A stretch of DNA of 64,000 nt from Coniocarpon cinnabarinum. Lineage: Eukaryota. A program made the translations under genes and the position numbers. The DNA is taken from contig JAVECO010000006.1 in assembly GCA_051942205.1 (NCBI GenBank), positions 1-64,000 on the forward strand. Reading direction: 5' to 3'. The notes beneath the pieces are model-generated. The model was not told the origin of the DNA. It searched no databases and worked only from the letters and a program-made list of their open reading frames with translations. Shown here one piece after another: positions 36,630 to 48,530 of this stretch. Position 1 is the first letter of the stretch; each line of letters begins with the position of its first letter.

Positions 36630-37419
36630 AGCTCGAGCGGCGGCAAAGGTGATTGCCGGCTGCCCACGGCTCGACATGTCTGGCAGTAGCAGGCGTTTGA
36701 GCCAGGAGCAGGACTCTCGTGTAGATGTAGGTGAATGTGGGAAGGCATTGAGGCTCCAGTTGTAGGACTAGACTGGAATTGACTGGCACGACTGGATCGA
36801 GTGTCTGTGTGGCTGTCAAGAATCGAGGCACCGCGACGAGGGTCGAGAGAGGTTGAGCCGGCTCGGCTAATGATCGGCATCGGCACCGGCACCGGGTGAA
36901 AAGGTGGCGTGTGGCGCGAATGCTCCTCGCTCCTCTGCCCGTTTTCCACTTGCCGGCCACACCAGCAGGTACCTACAACGTCCTCGTGGCACGGCGGTAC
37001 TTAATAGGTCTGCCACGGTCCGCCTTCCCTTAGGCTGGATCTGCACACTGTCCTCGTCCACGTCCAGCATGCACCTTGCATCTTGCAGCGTCCAACGTTG
37101 CCACCATGCACACGTCATATGCAAATGGACGTCGTCTGTCTCCGCATCAGAGGGCGGGAGGACCGCGATCGCGGCGTAGCGATCCAGCTGTTTCATGTCC
37201 AGCGGGCGCCATGACGTCTGCCCACAACGACTAGTTGGGTGGGCGCAACGCGACATGTGCAGATCAGTGCGTGCCCTCATGTAGCAGTCCGCTTTCATCA
37301 ATGTATCGCGTCTGTGCATGAACCTCGGATGGCTGGCCCGGGGACGTATTAATACACCTTCTTCATCCCGCTATCTGGCAAGTCTCTCCACTCGTTTCTT
37401 CGTAGGAACTGGAAAGAGT

Positions 37420-39174
37420 ATGCCTCCTCTGGCAGATTCAGCTGCTATCAAGGCTTCCAAGCCGGAGCCTTTAGACTCTCCTGCTTTGAAGTTTGACAAG
37501 CTTACGAAATATGAGTTCTCCAGCACCGATGAGAGTAGAACGTTGGACGTTCATAATCCTGCAACGGGCTCACTCATCACCACGATTAGGACAGGTGATG
37601 AGCGGACGGTCAACGATGCCGTAGCCAGGTCCCAGGCTGCTTTCGAAGCTTGGAGACGTCGTCCACCAGCAGAGCGCGGCCAGATACTGTTGAGATGCGC
37701 CGACGTGCTGCTGACCCATGTGAACGAGCTCGCAACCCTTCTCTGTCTTGAGAATGGTAAACCCTACGTCGATGCCAGATTTGGGGATTGCATAGCTGTC
37801 CAGGCAAGCTTCCGATATTTCGGAAGCCTGATTGACAAGTTACCAACGGAGTTTTACGATCGAGGAACGATGCTCGTGCAAGTGGTGCGAGAGCCACATG
37901 GAGTCTGTGCTGGAGGTGGGTCTTCCTGTTTGTTAGAATTTATGGTATAGACTGAATTATAGATCAGTTCTGCCTTTCAACTGGCCGCCAATCCATGTCG
38001 GTGGCAAAGCTGCACCAGCTCTAGCAATGGGCAATAGCATGTAAGCGACTGCTACTTGCAAAGGCTTCCCGCTTATCACAGTGCTGATAAGCTCCCCATA
38101 GGATTCTCAAACCTGGCGAGCAGGCCCCCGTAAGTTGCCACACAAGTCACAATCTCCACGCATATTCCGGATATTATACTGATGCTTTTGAGCCAGTTGA
38201 CGGTGATGAGGATCGTGGGGCTACTTCAAGGAGTGTTGCCGAAGGATCTTCTGATAGCAATTCCAGGAAATGGCCCAGAAGTACCGGCTGCATTGGTCGA
38301 GCATCCGCTTGTTCGCGCAATATCCTTCACGGGTAGTACGAATGCGGGTAAGGTTGTTTCCCAATCGGCAGGCAAGTCTCTAAAACACTGCATGCTCGAG
38401 CTGGGCGGGAAGAATGCCTTTGTCGTCTTTGAAGACGCAGACCTCGAAAGAGCAGCCCGAGATGCCTTCGAGGGGGTCTTGTTCAACAAAGGAGAAGCAT
38501 GTACATCAAGCTCCCGCGCGCTCGTCCATGAAAGCGTATACGACAAGTTCGTACAAAAGCTAGCAGCTGCCTGGCCGAAGGTGAAGGTAGGTGACGGAAT
38601 GGACCCGACAACTCACGTCGGACCTCAAGTCAGCAAGATTCAACAGGACAAAGTTAAGGACTATCTCAAATTTGCTGAAAAGGAGGGCGCGCAGGTTCTT
38701 GCTCAGGCACAGCTGCCCAGTGACGCGAGGTTGAAAGATGGATATTTCGTCCAACCTACATTACTTGGCGGCGTAAAACGACACATGAAGATAGCGCAAG
38801 AAGAGGTGTTCGGACCTGTGCTCACTGTCAACGCTTTCAGTTCAGAGGATGAGGCCGTGGACATCGTCAACGAAAGTGCTTACGGACTAACTTGTGTCCT
38901 GTTTTGTGAGAATATGGCCAAGGCAAACCGTCTAAGCCGACGAGTGGAAGCTGGCTGTGTGTTTGTGAACAATTATCGAAGAGCTTTGGCGGGCTTGCCT
39001 TTTGGAGGCGTGAAGGATAGTGGCAACCATCGAGAGCACTCTCTAGAGACAATGCAGGCCTACAGCAGCACCAAATTTATACAACAACCGAGTGGATTTG
39101 GCAATCCAGGTGAATGGCGTGCGGTCGTAGATGTATTTGATGATGCGAAGGTGCTGAACGGCACTGTTGCCTGA
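37420..39174 (+). CDS. NAD(P)-dependent aldehyde dehydrogenase
   Basis: LPFNWP, KPGEQAP (28-nt exon 38102-38129), FTGST, LELGGKNA, catalytic Cys in FNKGEAC, EEVFGPV, PFGGVKDSG. Confidence 0.93.
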
Positions 39175-39371
39175 GAATTTGATACGAATGCTTAGCCCAG
39201 GAAGGGTTGGTAGAATTGTGATGTATTGAACCTCGCTCGAATCGATCGGCTTTAAAGTGGTGCGCTGGGGCGTCGCACAAAGGTCTCCACTGACACCCTG
39301 CCCAAAACTTTCAGAAATAATCCGAGTTTTGCAAGAGCGGTGCTCTACAGCAGCAATTCCACAAGCGAAGC

Positions 39372-39912
39372 ATGGCTTCGAACCAAGTGTCTGCCAAACG
39401 GCAGCAAGGTATTGCAACTGTGCCCACAAGCTTCGTCCGATGCCTCCTGACTGAGAGACAGAGCTGCAGGCAGCATATCAAAACTACAAGAACAATCTAC
39501 AACAGATCGCTGGCAAGATAGGCGACGTGGAGCAAGAGTCTGAAGAGCATAAGTATGCGCAATGCGTCAAAGCCGGAACGCAATCCCATCACGGAACGGC
39601 AAGGCCCACTGACGAGCCCTTCCACACAGGCTTGTCCTTGAAACGCTGGAGCCGCTACCTCAAGATCGCAAGTGCTTCCGTATGATCAATGGTGTGTTGG
39701 TCGAGCGTAAGGTGTCGGATGTGGTGCCCGCATTGAAAACAAACTCGGACGGACTCAAGAAAGTCCTAGAAGATCTGCTGAAGCAGTATAAGGGCCTGCA
39801 AGAGGAGATGGACCAATGGAAGGTCTCAGCTCATCCTGGACCATCTTTGCCACCACACATCCGCTGACTCTTGCTTTAGAAAAAGAACAACATTCAGGTC
39901 GTGCAGCAGTAA
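39372..39912 (+). CDS. GIM4: prefoldin subunit 2
   Basis: Four exons: MASNQVSAKRQQ|ELQAAYQNYKNNLQQIAGKIGDVEQESEEHK|LVLETLEPLPQDRKCFRMINGVLVER...WK|KKNNIQVVQQ*. Confidence 0.93.
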
Positions 39913-41377
39913 AGGCAGATGGCGAAAGCTCCTGTATACAAAGAGCATACTCTCAAACACACACTGCCACAAGGTCGTCAGAAGCTTTGGCTCTGAGGCA
40001 ATTTAGCCTTTGACGTAATCTTCCGGTCCTGTTATAAGAGCGGACGCAAGCAAGCTTCGAGAAGAAGTCTTGAACACCTTGAATGCAGCACGCACGTGTC
40101 TCAGAGTCCAATCGTGAGATGAATGGAGTCAAATCAGCATGCAAGGCTTGTGGATTAGGCTACGAGCAAGGGCTATGCGCGTGATACCAGCAAGCTCATA
40201 GGGTACCATCACAGCAAGATGGCTGACCCATGTGCGAAAGACGCGGACAGTCCGTGATTGGCTGCCTCAAGCGCTTGCTCTCAAACGACCACCTTCCAGG
40301 AAAGCATCTCAGACTCCATGCCTGTTGCAAGCTATGCACGATTTGAAATGATGACAGCCTGGGACAGCTCCGGTGCCAGTGATGCCCGACTAATGCCCAA
40401 AGCTTGGCCACCTACTCAAATGGGCGATGCAACAGAAAGCGACGCCGGTCAGGTAGGGTCCTGGATCCTGGTGTCGGGTCTTCTGAGGAGCTGACACTCA
40501 GCTCACAAATGCAAGGAGGAGAGGTCGGATTATTTGCGACCAAAAGCCGGCTTTAGACGTAGTAGTCTGTAGATCCTGGCTACCATCAAACGTTGCGTGG
40601 GATTCCGGAAACTGGATGCTAGTCGGATCTGAATGCGCGAACGCTCACTGGCCAGATGTAGGCCCGCAAGTGAAGCGCCATTGGAGAGCGCGGCGAGGGA
40701 TGAGCGCGATTGGCTGGCGCAGGGGTGAATTTTAGATTAGCTTCGATATCGAGCATGACTTCAAGTCGTGAGGAGTTCACGTCTGGCCGGCGAACAACGT
40801 CCCCGGCCCGGGCTGCTTGAGTGCGGCTGAGGGGGATTGCAGGGCGAAGAGGTTGCATGCGCCGCCAGTGACGATGCAGGCACGCGAGGGCGAGGCTAGA
40901 AGGCTAGAAACAAGGCGCCTGCCTCGACTGCTCTTTTCTCTCCTTGCGATCGTGATCCGCGCACTTCTTTGCCAGTGTCTGTCTCTTGTCGCCTCATTTT
41001 TATTTTCTACCTGTACTGTTTGGCTCTCGCGTCGTCACCGTCGACCTAGTCTTGTGACTGCGCGCCCAGCGGCGACGGTCTAGAGACGGTCGTGCATCGC
41101 TCGCGCAGCACGCGGCATCTGCCAGGTGAAGCCATCGGGCATCAGCCGACTCGGTGGAGTGCGTGGGCAGGTAAGTTAGGAGAGGTTAGGTCAGGCTTGA
41201 AGAAGGGTGAGCGTGGACCTTGTGCGACAGAGCCGTGGAGCTTGACCCTTTGCAGTGGTCGCCCTTACGTCAAAATCTCGGTGAGCAGTCCTCGGACGCA
41301 GACACCAAACATCAAACACCACACACGCGGAAGCCGGGACTCGAGCCGAGCGAGAGCTTGTTTGCGTGCTCGCTGCC

Positions 41378-41432
41378 GGGCTATCGCTGGGCTATCGCCG
41401 GGCTATTGCTGGGCTATTGCTGGGCTATTGCA
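41378..41432. repeat. 11-bp tandem repeat GGGCTATYGCY x5
   Basis: Directly visible. Confidence 0.9.
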
Positions 41433-42060
41433 GCAGCGCAGCATTTGAGTTCTCCGGCGCAAGGAGCGGTGACTGAGTACTGTAGGTAGTGCTGCATACC
41501 CACAGATCTCGGTTCGCAGTATTCTTCCGGTGGTGCTTGGGCGCTGGGGCTGCGTGACGTGCAGCTGGGCCTTGCATCGAATCTGCCTAGGCTTCGCAAA
41601 CATTCCATTGCACTCCACGAGCAGCAGCAGCACCGGCAGACGCCAGCGCGCGTCCATCTGTTCGTCCACCCAGTTTCCCCTAGTCCCTAGTCCGGAGTCT
41701 GCGAGCGACGCACACGCACGCACTGACACACGTCCGGCGTGAGCGCAGATCGGCTAAAAACAGATCGCGTCGAGGAGGTACCGAACAAAGTCGCTCATCA
41801 GCGCAGCGCGCGTGTGCATCTCCACCACGCTTGCTCTCCAACGATCCGGGAGCTGCAGGCGAGCGCTTGACACGTACCCTATCTGTCCAGTCCTCGAACT
41901 CGCCCACCTACCCACTCCCGGGCGTACGCAGAGCTCGCTCGTCTGCTGTCGCTGGCTGTTTGTTGCGCGCGTGCGGTCTGCGAGCTTCCACCACGGGCAC
42001 GCAACACCGCTACTTCTGCGAACCTGCCCCGGCCTGACCTCATCTTACATACCTCCACCC

Positions 42061-42093
<33 letters not shown>

Positions 42094-42450
42094 TCCTGGG
42101 TAGCTCTAGCCGGCTGGTTACACGAAAGCTAACGCTCTTGCTGCACGACGGGCACCTGGTTAGCTCTCTCCCCCCGGGGCTTGAAGTTGCTAGGTCAAGG
42201 TTAGGTTGTCAGGTCGCGGCAGACTGCGGCCGTGTGCCGCCTAGCGTTGCCCTTGGGCTCCCCATCCATCCATCCATCCATCCATCCTGCTACCTGAGGT
42301 GCTGCTGCTCTCGCCACCGCCAGAGCGTGTTGGACACCGCTGTTCTTGCGTCAGCGGGCAGGCAGTGACGTGGTGTGCCAGCACAGTCGCCCACCACGCA
42401 CCACGCACCACGCACCACACACCACACACTACCTACCACGCCACACACAC
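42061..42450. repeat. microsatellite cluster: (AG)13 at 42061-42086, (CCAT)6 at 42262-42285, (CCACGCA)3 and CA-rich run at ~42394-42450
   Basis: Directly visible. Confidence 0.9.
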
Positions 42451-42681
42451 GCACCTCGCTAGGAGCCCTTGCCGCACCGGGCCTTACTGTGTCAGTCGAC
42501 ACGAGCAGCCCGCCGAGCCCACCGTCCCGGTCCGCCAGACAGCCGTGCACGTCGGGGCGCGTCAGGCCAGCTCCATCCCAACTGCAAACCCTCCCCACTG
42601 CGCGCCTGGCCGCCAGCCCGCGCGTGCACAGCCCTACCTGCCCAAGGCCCGCTGCAGGTGCCCGCCGTGCTTTAAAGAATC

Positions 42682-42887
42682 ATGTCCGCCTCCCCGTCGC
42701 ACAGAGGCGGCGAGGTGGAGGTCAAGGACGCCGACCTGGTGCATCGTTCTGCCCCTCCGGACCAGCAGCACCAGCCCGCCGCCCAAGACGACCGTAGCTC
42801 CGGCCACGACAACGGCACTGCAGTCACCGACTCTCACCCCGCCGCCGCCGCTTCCATTTTGTCTCCGGGCGTGGTTGGCGACACAGC

Positions 42888-42921
<34 letters not shown>

Positions 42922-44524
42922 CAGGACCACCGCCAGCAACCACAACCACTGCAGCGCCCGCAGCACGACGAGGCGCAAGGACAGAAGCTGCCACGGACAG
43001 CGTCCATCCAGGACCAGCAGCACCACCAACACCCGCAAACGCCGCAGCACGAGCAGCCTCTGGACGATCACGGCGGGACAGAAGATGATAGTATCATGCA
43101 AGGGCATCCAGCCACTCAGGAACAAGCCCAATATGAGACCGAAGTCAAGGAGCAGGACAGGTGGTTGCCTATTGCCAATGGTTCGTTCAAATTGCTTCTC
43201 CTGCCCCTTCCCTCCCTTCCATCGCACCCCCCCACTCGCTCCAATTTTTCTCTTGCGCACTGAATTATAGGCAATCCTTTGTCTGTCAGGACGCCTTGCC
43301 CCCACACCTGTCATTTCATCTCCCCTCTCACCACCCTGTCACCATGCTCCCGTGCCCCAGGGGGAAAGCGAGCGCCTGGGTCATTTCTCTGCGGTCTCGG
43401 GGCAATCTCTCAGAGGCGGTTGTCAGCGGGTCGGCCACGGTGCAGGTGTTTGCTTCTCTGCAAACACTGTCGCGCCATGTGTCAAATTACACGGTGCTGC
43501 GTCCACTTTGAGGTCGGTCGAGACCTGTCAAAAGTCTTCGCATAAACGGCCGCAGCTCTCTGCCTCTACTGCACTTCGAGAACCAGCCGCTTCTCCTACT
43601 GGTCGCCATCCAGACAGCCTTTGCCCCGTTCATTAATGCCCACCATGTCCTCTGATAATTCCTCCCCCCCACCGCCGCAAACCAGTGGAAGGTCGTCGTC
43701 GAATCAGATTGACGCCAAAAAACTGATTGGCAACTTTGCAACAGTGGCTCGAATTATGAAGACGGCACTACCAGACAACGCCAAGATTGCCAAAGAGGCC
43801 AAAGAGTGCATGCAAGAATGCGTGAGCGAGTTTATCTCGTTCATCACAAGTGAGGGTACGTAACTGCTCTGTCGGTCAGGGAGCTCCCACGCGCACTTGA
43901 GCAAGGTCCCGCTCTCACTGTTCATGCACATTGGCTGACTAATCGCCGATGGCTGCTAGCTTCCGAGAAATGCCAACACGAGAAGCGGAAAACAGTCAAT
44001 GGGGAAGATATCATCTTTGCCATGACATCATTGGGATTTGAAAACTATTCAGAGGCATTGCGGATCTACTTGGTTCGATATCGTGAAGTAGGTCGGACTA
44101 CCCACACCTTGACTGCATTCATTCCCTCTCTCCTGCTCCTGCTTTTCTTCACTCCGTTCCTACCTACCTGCCCACCCACTCACCTACTTGACAACGAGCT
44201 CGTGCGCTCTTTTCATAAACATCTCACCGCTCCACCTGAAAAGCACTCGTTTGACACAAAGACCAGAGCAATTTGGGCAAAGCAGAGGCGCAGCAAGCCC
44301 AAGGCCGTCCGTCCAGTCCCACGGGAGGTCCCGGACAAACCTCTTCGGGTGACGAGCACGACGACGCGCCCGCGTCCGCCATCAGTCAACCCGTCGTTCC
44401 TGGTGCCGCGCCCGGCGTCCCGCTCGCATCGACCTTCCCGGGCACCCAAGAAGCGGACCCGGCCAACCCCAGTGCCGCACCTTACTATCCCGGCATTACC
44501 AACGGAGGCAGCGGTCATTACTAG
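42682..44524 (+). CDS. hapC: CCAAT-binding complex subunit HapC/Hap3 (NF-YB)
   Basis: [80 protein letters not shown]; intron 1 is 43181-43744. Confidence 0.96.
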
Positions 44525-45395
44525 TCATGCATTTTTTTCCTTGCCATGGAGTGGGCAATCGCATCCCGGGAAAAAGGATATTCTTTTGGTGTGAATGGAA
44601 TGGCTGGCGCTTTATACCCCCCCCGCATGGACCGGCTTGCATACACAACTGCATCTAGACAAATATTGATGGACGATCGATTGGTAAGGATGGTGGCAGC
44701 CCTCTGGTCTTATCTTGGGAATTGTAGAATGTACGATGATTCGGACGAGGTCAATGTTGATCAATGTAGTCAAGAAGGAATGGGACGGCGTTTCACTGGT
44801 CGCATCGTGGTATGAAGGGGATGTCTTGCGTTATAATGTATCTACAGATTTGGGGTCCGGCGAGTGAGCCCTTGAGGTCGTACTTACTAATCAAGCAACT
44901 GAAAAGTTGTCGCGGTCCCTGCTCGTGCATACTGACTGCGACGACTTTCGCAGAGGAGGTCCGAACGTGAAGATACAGGCTTGGCTCATGCAGCACCTGA
45001 GATGTATGCTTATCCCAGGTTTGTTTCCGCTGTGTGAAAGCTTTAAAACTCTGGCTGGGTCAGAAGAGCTCAACAGAAGCTCTTTTGGTGCCAAGACGCG
45101 TCTCAGGTCACCGAGGTAAGCATCGCAAGCACCAATAGTTCCTCGCCAGGCTCTCCGTTATCGTACAGTTCTCTCAACGCATCTGCTTAGTCTCTAACCA
45201 CGTGTCTGTCTGTACGTTTTGCCGCCGTCAGAAGCCCAGAATTCTTCAAGATTTCTTGGTATTTAATGCCCCTTCAACGCCTCAACACCACGCTGTTCGA
45301 TTCTTACTTCTTTCCCTTATGGAGCCCTTTATGCGCACTCTGCCGTAGAGAGCCGATTGACGTGGACACTGCACTCGGTTTGCAAATTGCGATGC

Positions 45396-46355
45396 TCATC
45401 GCGAAAAGAATCGGGATACCATCCCTGTCGCCAGATTGCGGGCGAGCCCACCGGATGAGAGGGCCGCGCCAGCGATGTTGGAGGCGTGGCTGAATTTGTC
45501 ACAGCGGGAGAAGGCGACCGTGTTGGTGAGGGTTAGGACGAGGGCGATGGCTGTGGTCGTTCGTTAGTTGCAAGTTTAGAATGGAGGTGCCTTTTACGGA
45601 GTCGGGAACGTTCTCCGATGCTTGGCTCTGCATCACATGCATGAGTGCACCGCCATCTTGCAGCATGAAAAGCATGCTCCGTCTTCACCCAGCCATTGCC
45701 AAATGAGGGGATAGAAATAAGGGAAACGAAACCAAGGGGGTATCAGACTTACCAACCAAGCAAACCCACAATGGCCCTTTCAACGTCACCACCGCACTGA
45801 CAGCCATAAGCACCCAAAGGACCGGCTGCGTATACATCGCCAACCAGAAGAATCTGCGATCCGTTTTGTTGACCTCACGATACCCTTCGTCCCCCGGATT
45901 GCGCGAGACGCTCTCAAACACCATGGTCGTGTCACCGGAGGACGGATCGACCTCGTTCCACCAGCGGAGCCCGACGAGGCGGCGGCCGGCGATGTTTTTG
46001 ACGTTGTAGAAGTCGAGAGCTAAGAGCAGCGTCGTGAGGATGAAGATGAGGATGTAGTTCTTGGTGAAGAGGACGCCGAGGAGGTAGGTGAGGAGGGAGG
46101 CTGTTTGTGTTGGTATTGTTAGCTTGCGGTTTCTTTAACGGTCGAGGGAGTTTGATAGGAGCTGCTGCATAGGTCATTGAATGATGAGTGATGAATCTCA
46201 TACGTGACAAGCATGCGAAGCGTGGCGAAAGCAGCGCGCTAGGTTATGGGAAAGAGAGGCTCATGCTTACCCAGTCGGAAGGCGAGGAAGAAGAGGAGGG
46301 TGATGGGGTGGGAGGAGAGGCGCCAGCTGAGGGACCCGGGCTCTGGGTTATCCAT
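45396..46355 (-). CDS. TVP23: Golgi membrane protein Tvp23
   Basis: [56 protein letters not shown]; two introns; ends FFSR*. Confidence 0.92.
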
Positions 46356-46708
46356 GTCTCTTTTGCTGGAGACGCCTCAGCGTCTTGTCAAGCGATCACT
46401 GTGGTGTCGAGATCATGAACGTGCGATGAGTGCTCTCGAAGACCAATCTTTCGGTTCTACAATTTTCCGTGCGGGAGCTCCCGCTCTTAGTGCGAAGCTT
46501 ATGCAGTTTGCATGGCGGGGATGTGGATAGGCATGACGGGACGAAAGTACGTTTCAGAAACATAGATCTCGCTCTTTACGATCACTATCTTGACGCGATC
46601 TTGATTTGATCGAATCTAGATCTCGAGTATATCTCGTGCGTATCATACTGCTGGCCAAACTGAGCATTTTGTACCTACAGAGCATCACCGTGTCCATCAA
46701 ACAGGCCA

Positions 46709-47820
46709 ATGGCTACGGCAGCTCTCTCCACGTATATACACTCACCTCACCTTCAACGCGCACGCTATTTTGCCCAAGCACCCACTACTACCTCTTCAAA
46801 TGTCGCTGAAACTGACTAAAGCACCACTACAGCGTCCGCCGCGCCCTACTCTATGTCCCTGCCTCCTCTTCCAAATTCCTCGACAAATCCCGGACTCTTC
46901 CCCCTCTCGACAACATCACCTACGACCTCGAAGATAGCGTCACACCGTCCAACAAGCCCGCGGCGCGTGAGGCCCTTCGAGCCTTTCTCCGTTCAGGCAA
47001 GCCAGGCAACGCGCGCGAAATCGCTGTCCGGATCAACAGCGTCGACTCTGGCTTTGCGTTGGATGACTTGCAGGAGGTACTCCAGGCGCCTGGCGTCGAC
47101 GCGCTGGTCGTGCCCAAAGTGAATGCAGCAAGTGACTTGCACTTTGTAACAGACGCGATTCGGCATTTGGCACCGTTGCGACATCCCTCTACCTCTCCCT
47201 CTTCCTTGGAGAATTCCCAGCAGCATGATTCGGCGAACGAACAACGAAAGCGACCTCTTGAGCTCCTCGCGCTCGTCGAGTCTGCCCGCTCCCTCACAGA
47301 CCTCACGTCGATATGCGCTGCGTCACCCTGCTTGAACGGGCTCATCTTCGCAGCCGAAGACTTTGCGCTCGATCTCTCTCTAACGCGGACGCCGTCGCTA
47401 TCAGAGTTCCTATTCGCCCGCTCTTCCATCGTCACCGCCGCGCGCGCGTTCAATCTCCCCTCTGCCATCGATCTCGTCTGTACGTCTTTCCGCGGCGAGA
47501 CGGGGCTCACGACCCTGCGTGAAGAAAGTGAGAACGGTAGAAGACTGGGCTTCAACGGGAAGCAAGTTATTCACCCGAGTCAAGTTGAAATCGTGGAAAA
47601 TGTGTTCGGCGTGAGCGAAGAGGAGGCGACGTGGGCTGTGAGAGTGCTGATTGCGGATGAAAAGGCGGAAGCACAAGGACGAGGGGCGTGGACTTTGGAT
47701 GGTAAGATGATTGATAAGCCGGTAGTGGGCAAGGCGAGCGGTTTGGTGGAGCGGGCCAAGGCCTGTGGGTTTGAGGTTGGGACTTTGCGGGAGAGGTTCA
47801 AGGATCAAGAGCCAGAGTAA
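46709..47820 (+). CDS. citrate lyase beta-subunit-like protein (CitE/CLYBL, HpcH/HpaI family)
   Basis: Short first exon, intron ~46732-46831, then RRALLYVP, YDLEDSV, VRINS, LVESA, FAAEDF, GFNGKQVIHPSQ, GKMIDKPV. Confidence 0.92.
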
Positions 47821-48530
47821 TGCTGCAGCATGGGACCGAGTGGACTTAGAGAGGCGACAATCACTTCTCAATAGGAAGAGGGTCTCGGATTTTTTGAATG
47901 CTCAAGATAGAGGAAACAAAGAGAGATAGGAAGTGTCAAAGCTTGAAATGGCACAGAGACGATCTGAGACACTGTACGAAGGAGGGGGCGAAGACAGCGT
48001 GGATAGCGGAGTCGCGTCGTCTCCAACGCTTCACGAACATGAAAGAGCCACAAGGAAGACGGATGCAAAGCTTGTTGGACCTCTATCGCCTCGATCACCG
48101 CAGGATGCGATGACGAGAAGAGCAGCGTGGTCGGGTGGGTGGAATGCCCTTGTCTGGCCAGCAAAAGCTGGAGCTGGTAATGATATGCGTGGAACAGGCG
48201 GGCTTCAGCTACAGCTTTGGACTTTGAGAATAGACAACAGCTTCTTGAATCGGATGGGAAGGATGTGATTAGTTTCTGTTGCACTTGCCTGGGCAAAGGA
48301 CAACGAAGGTCACCACAACCCAGTTGTAATAAACTTGATAAGAAAAGGTGCAACAGGTCTCATGGCCTTGCTTGCCGTTGGCTATGAGATGTTTGTGTCT
48401 ATTGCTGAAGCGGCGTGGACTGTATGGCCTAGATGTATTAATTCAGAACTGCACTCTTCGCGCTGAAAACGTGCTGTACAGGCGCCCAAATGTGTGCTGG
48501 GATGGTCTGGCTAAGACTTTGCGAATTCAT

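Noticed and set aside
41378..41432. Tandem repeat as a CRISPR-like array
   Set aside because: No spacers, 11-bp unit, eukaryotic context.
42299..43314. 323-aa (+) and 226-aa (-) ORFs with poly-Thr/poly-Val
   Set aside because: Alternative-frame shadows of the GC-rich hapC exon and its GAC repeat.
47933..48268. 111-aa ORF between the CitE-like gene and IPP1
   Set aside because: Lies within convergent 3' UTR space; no motif support.
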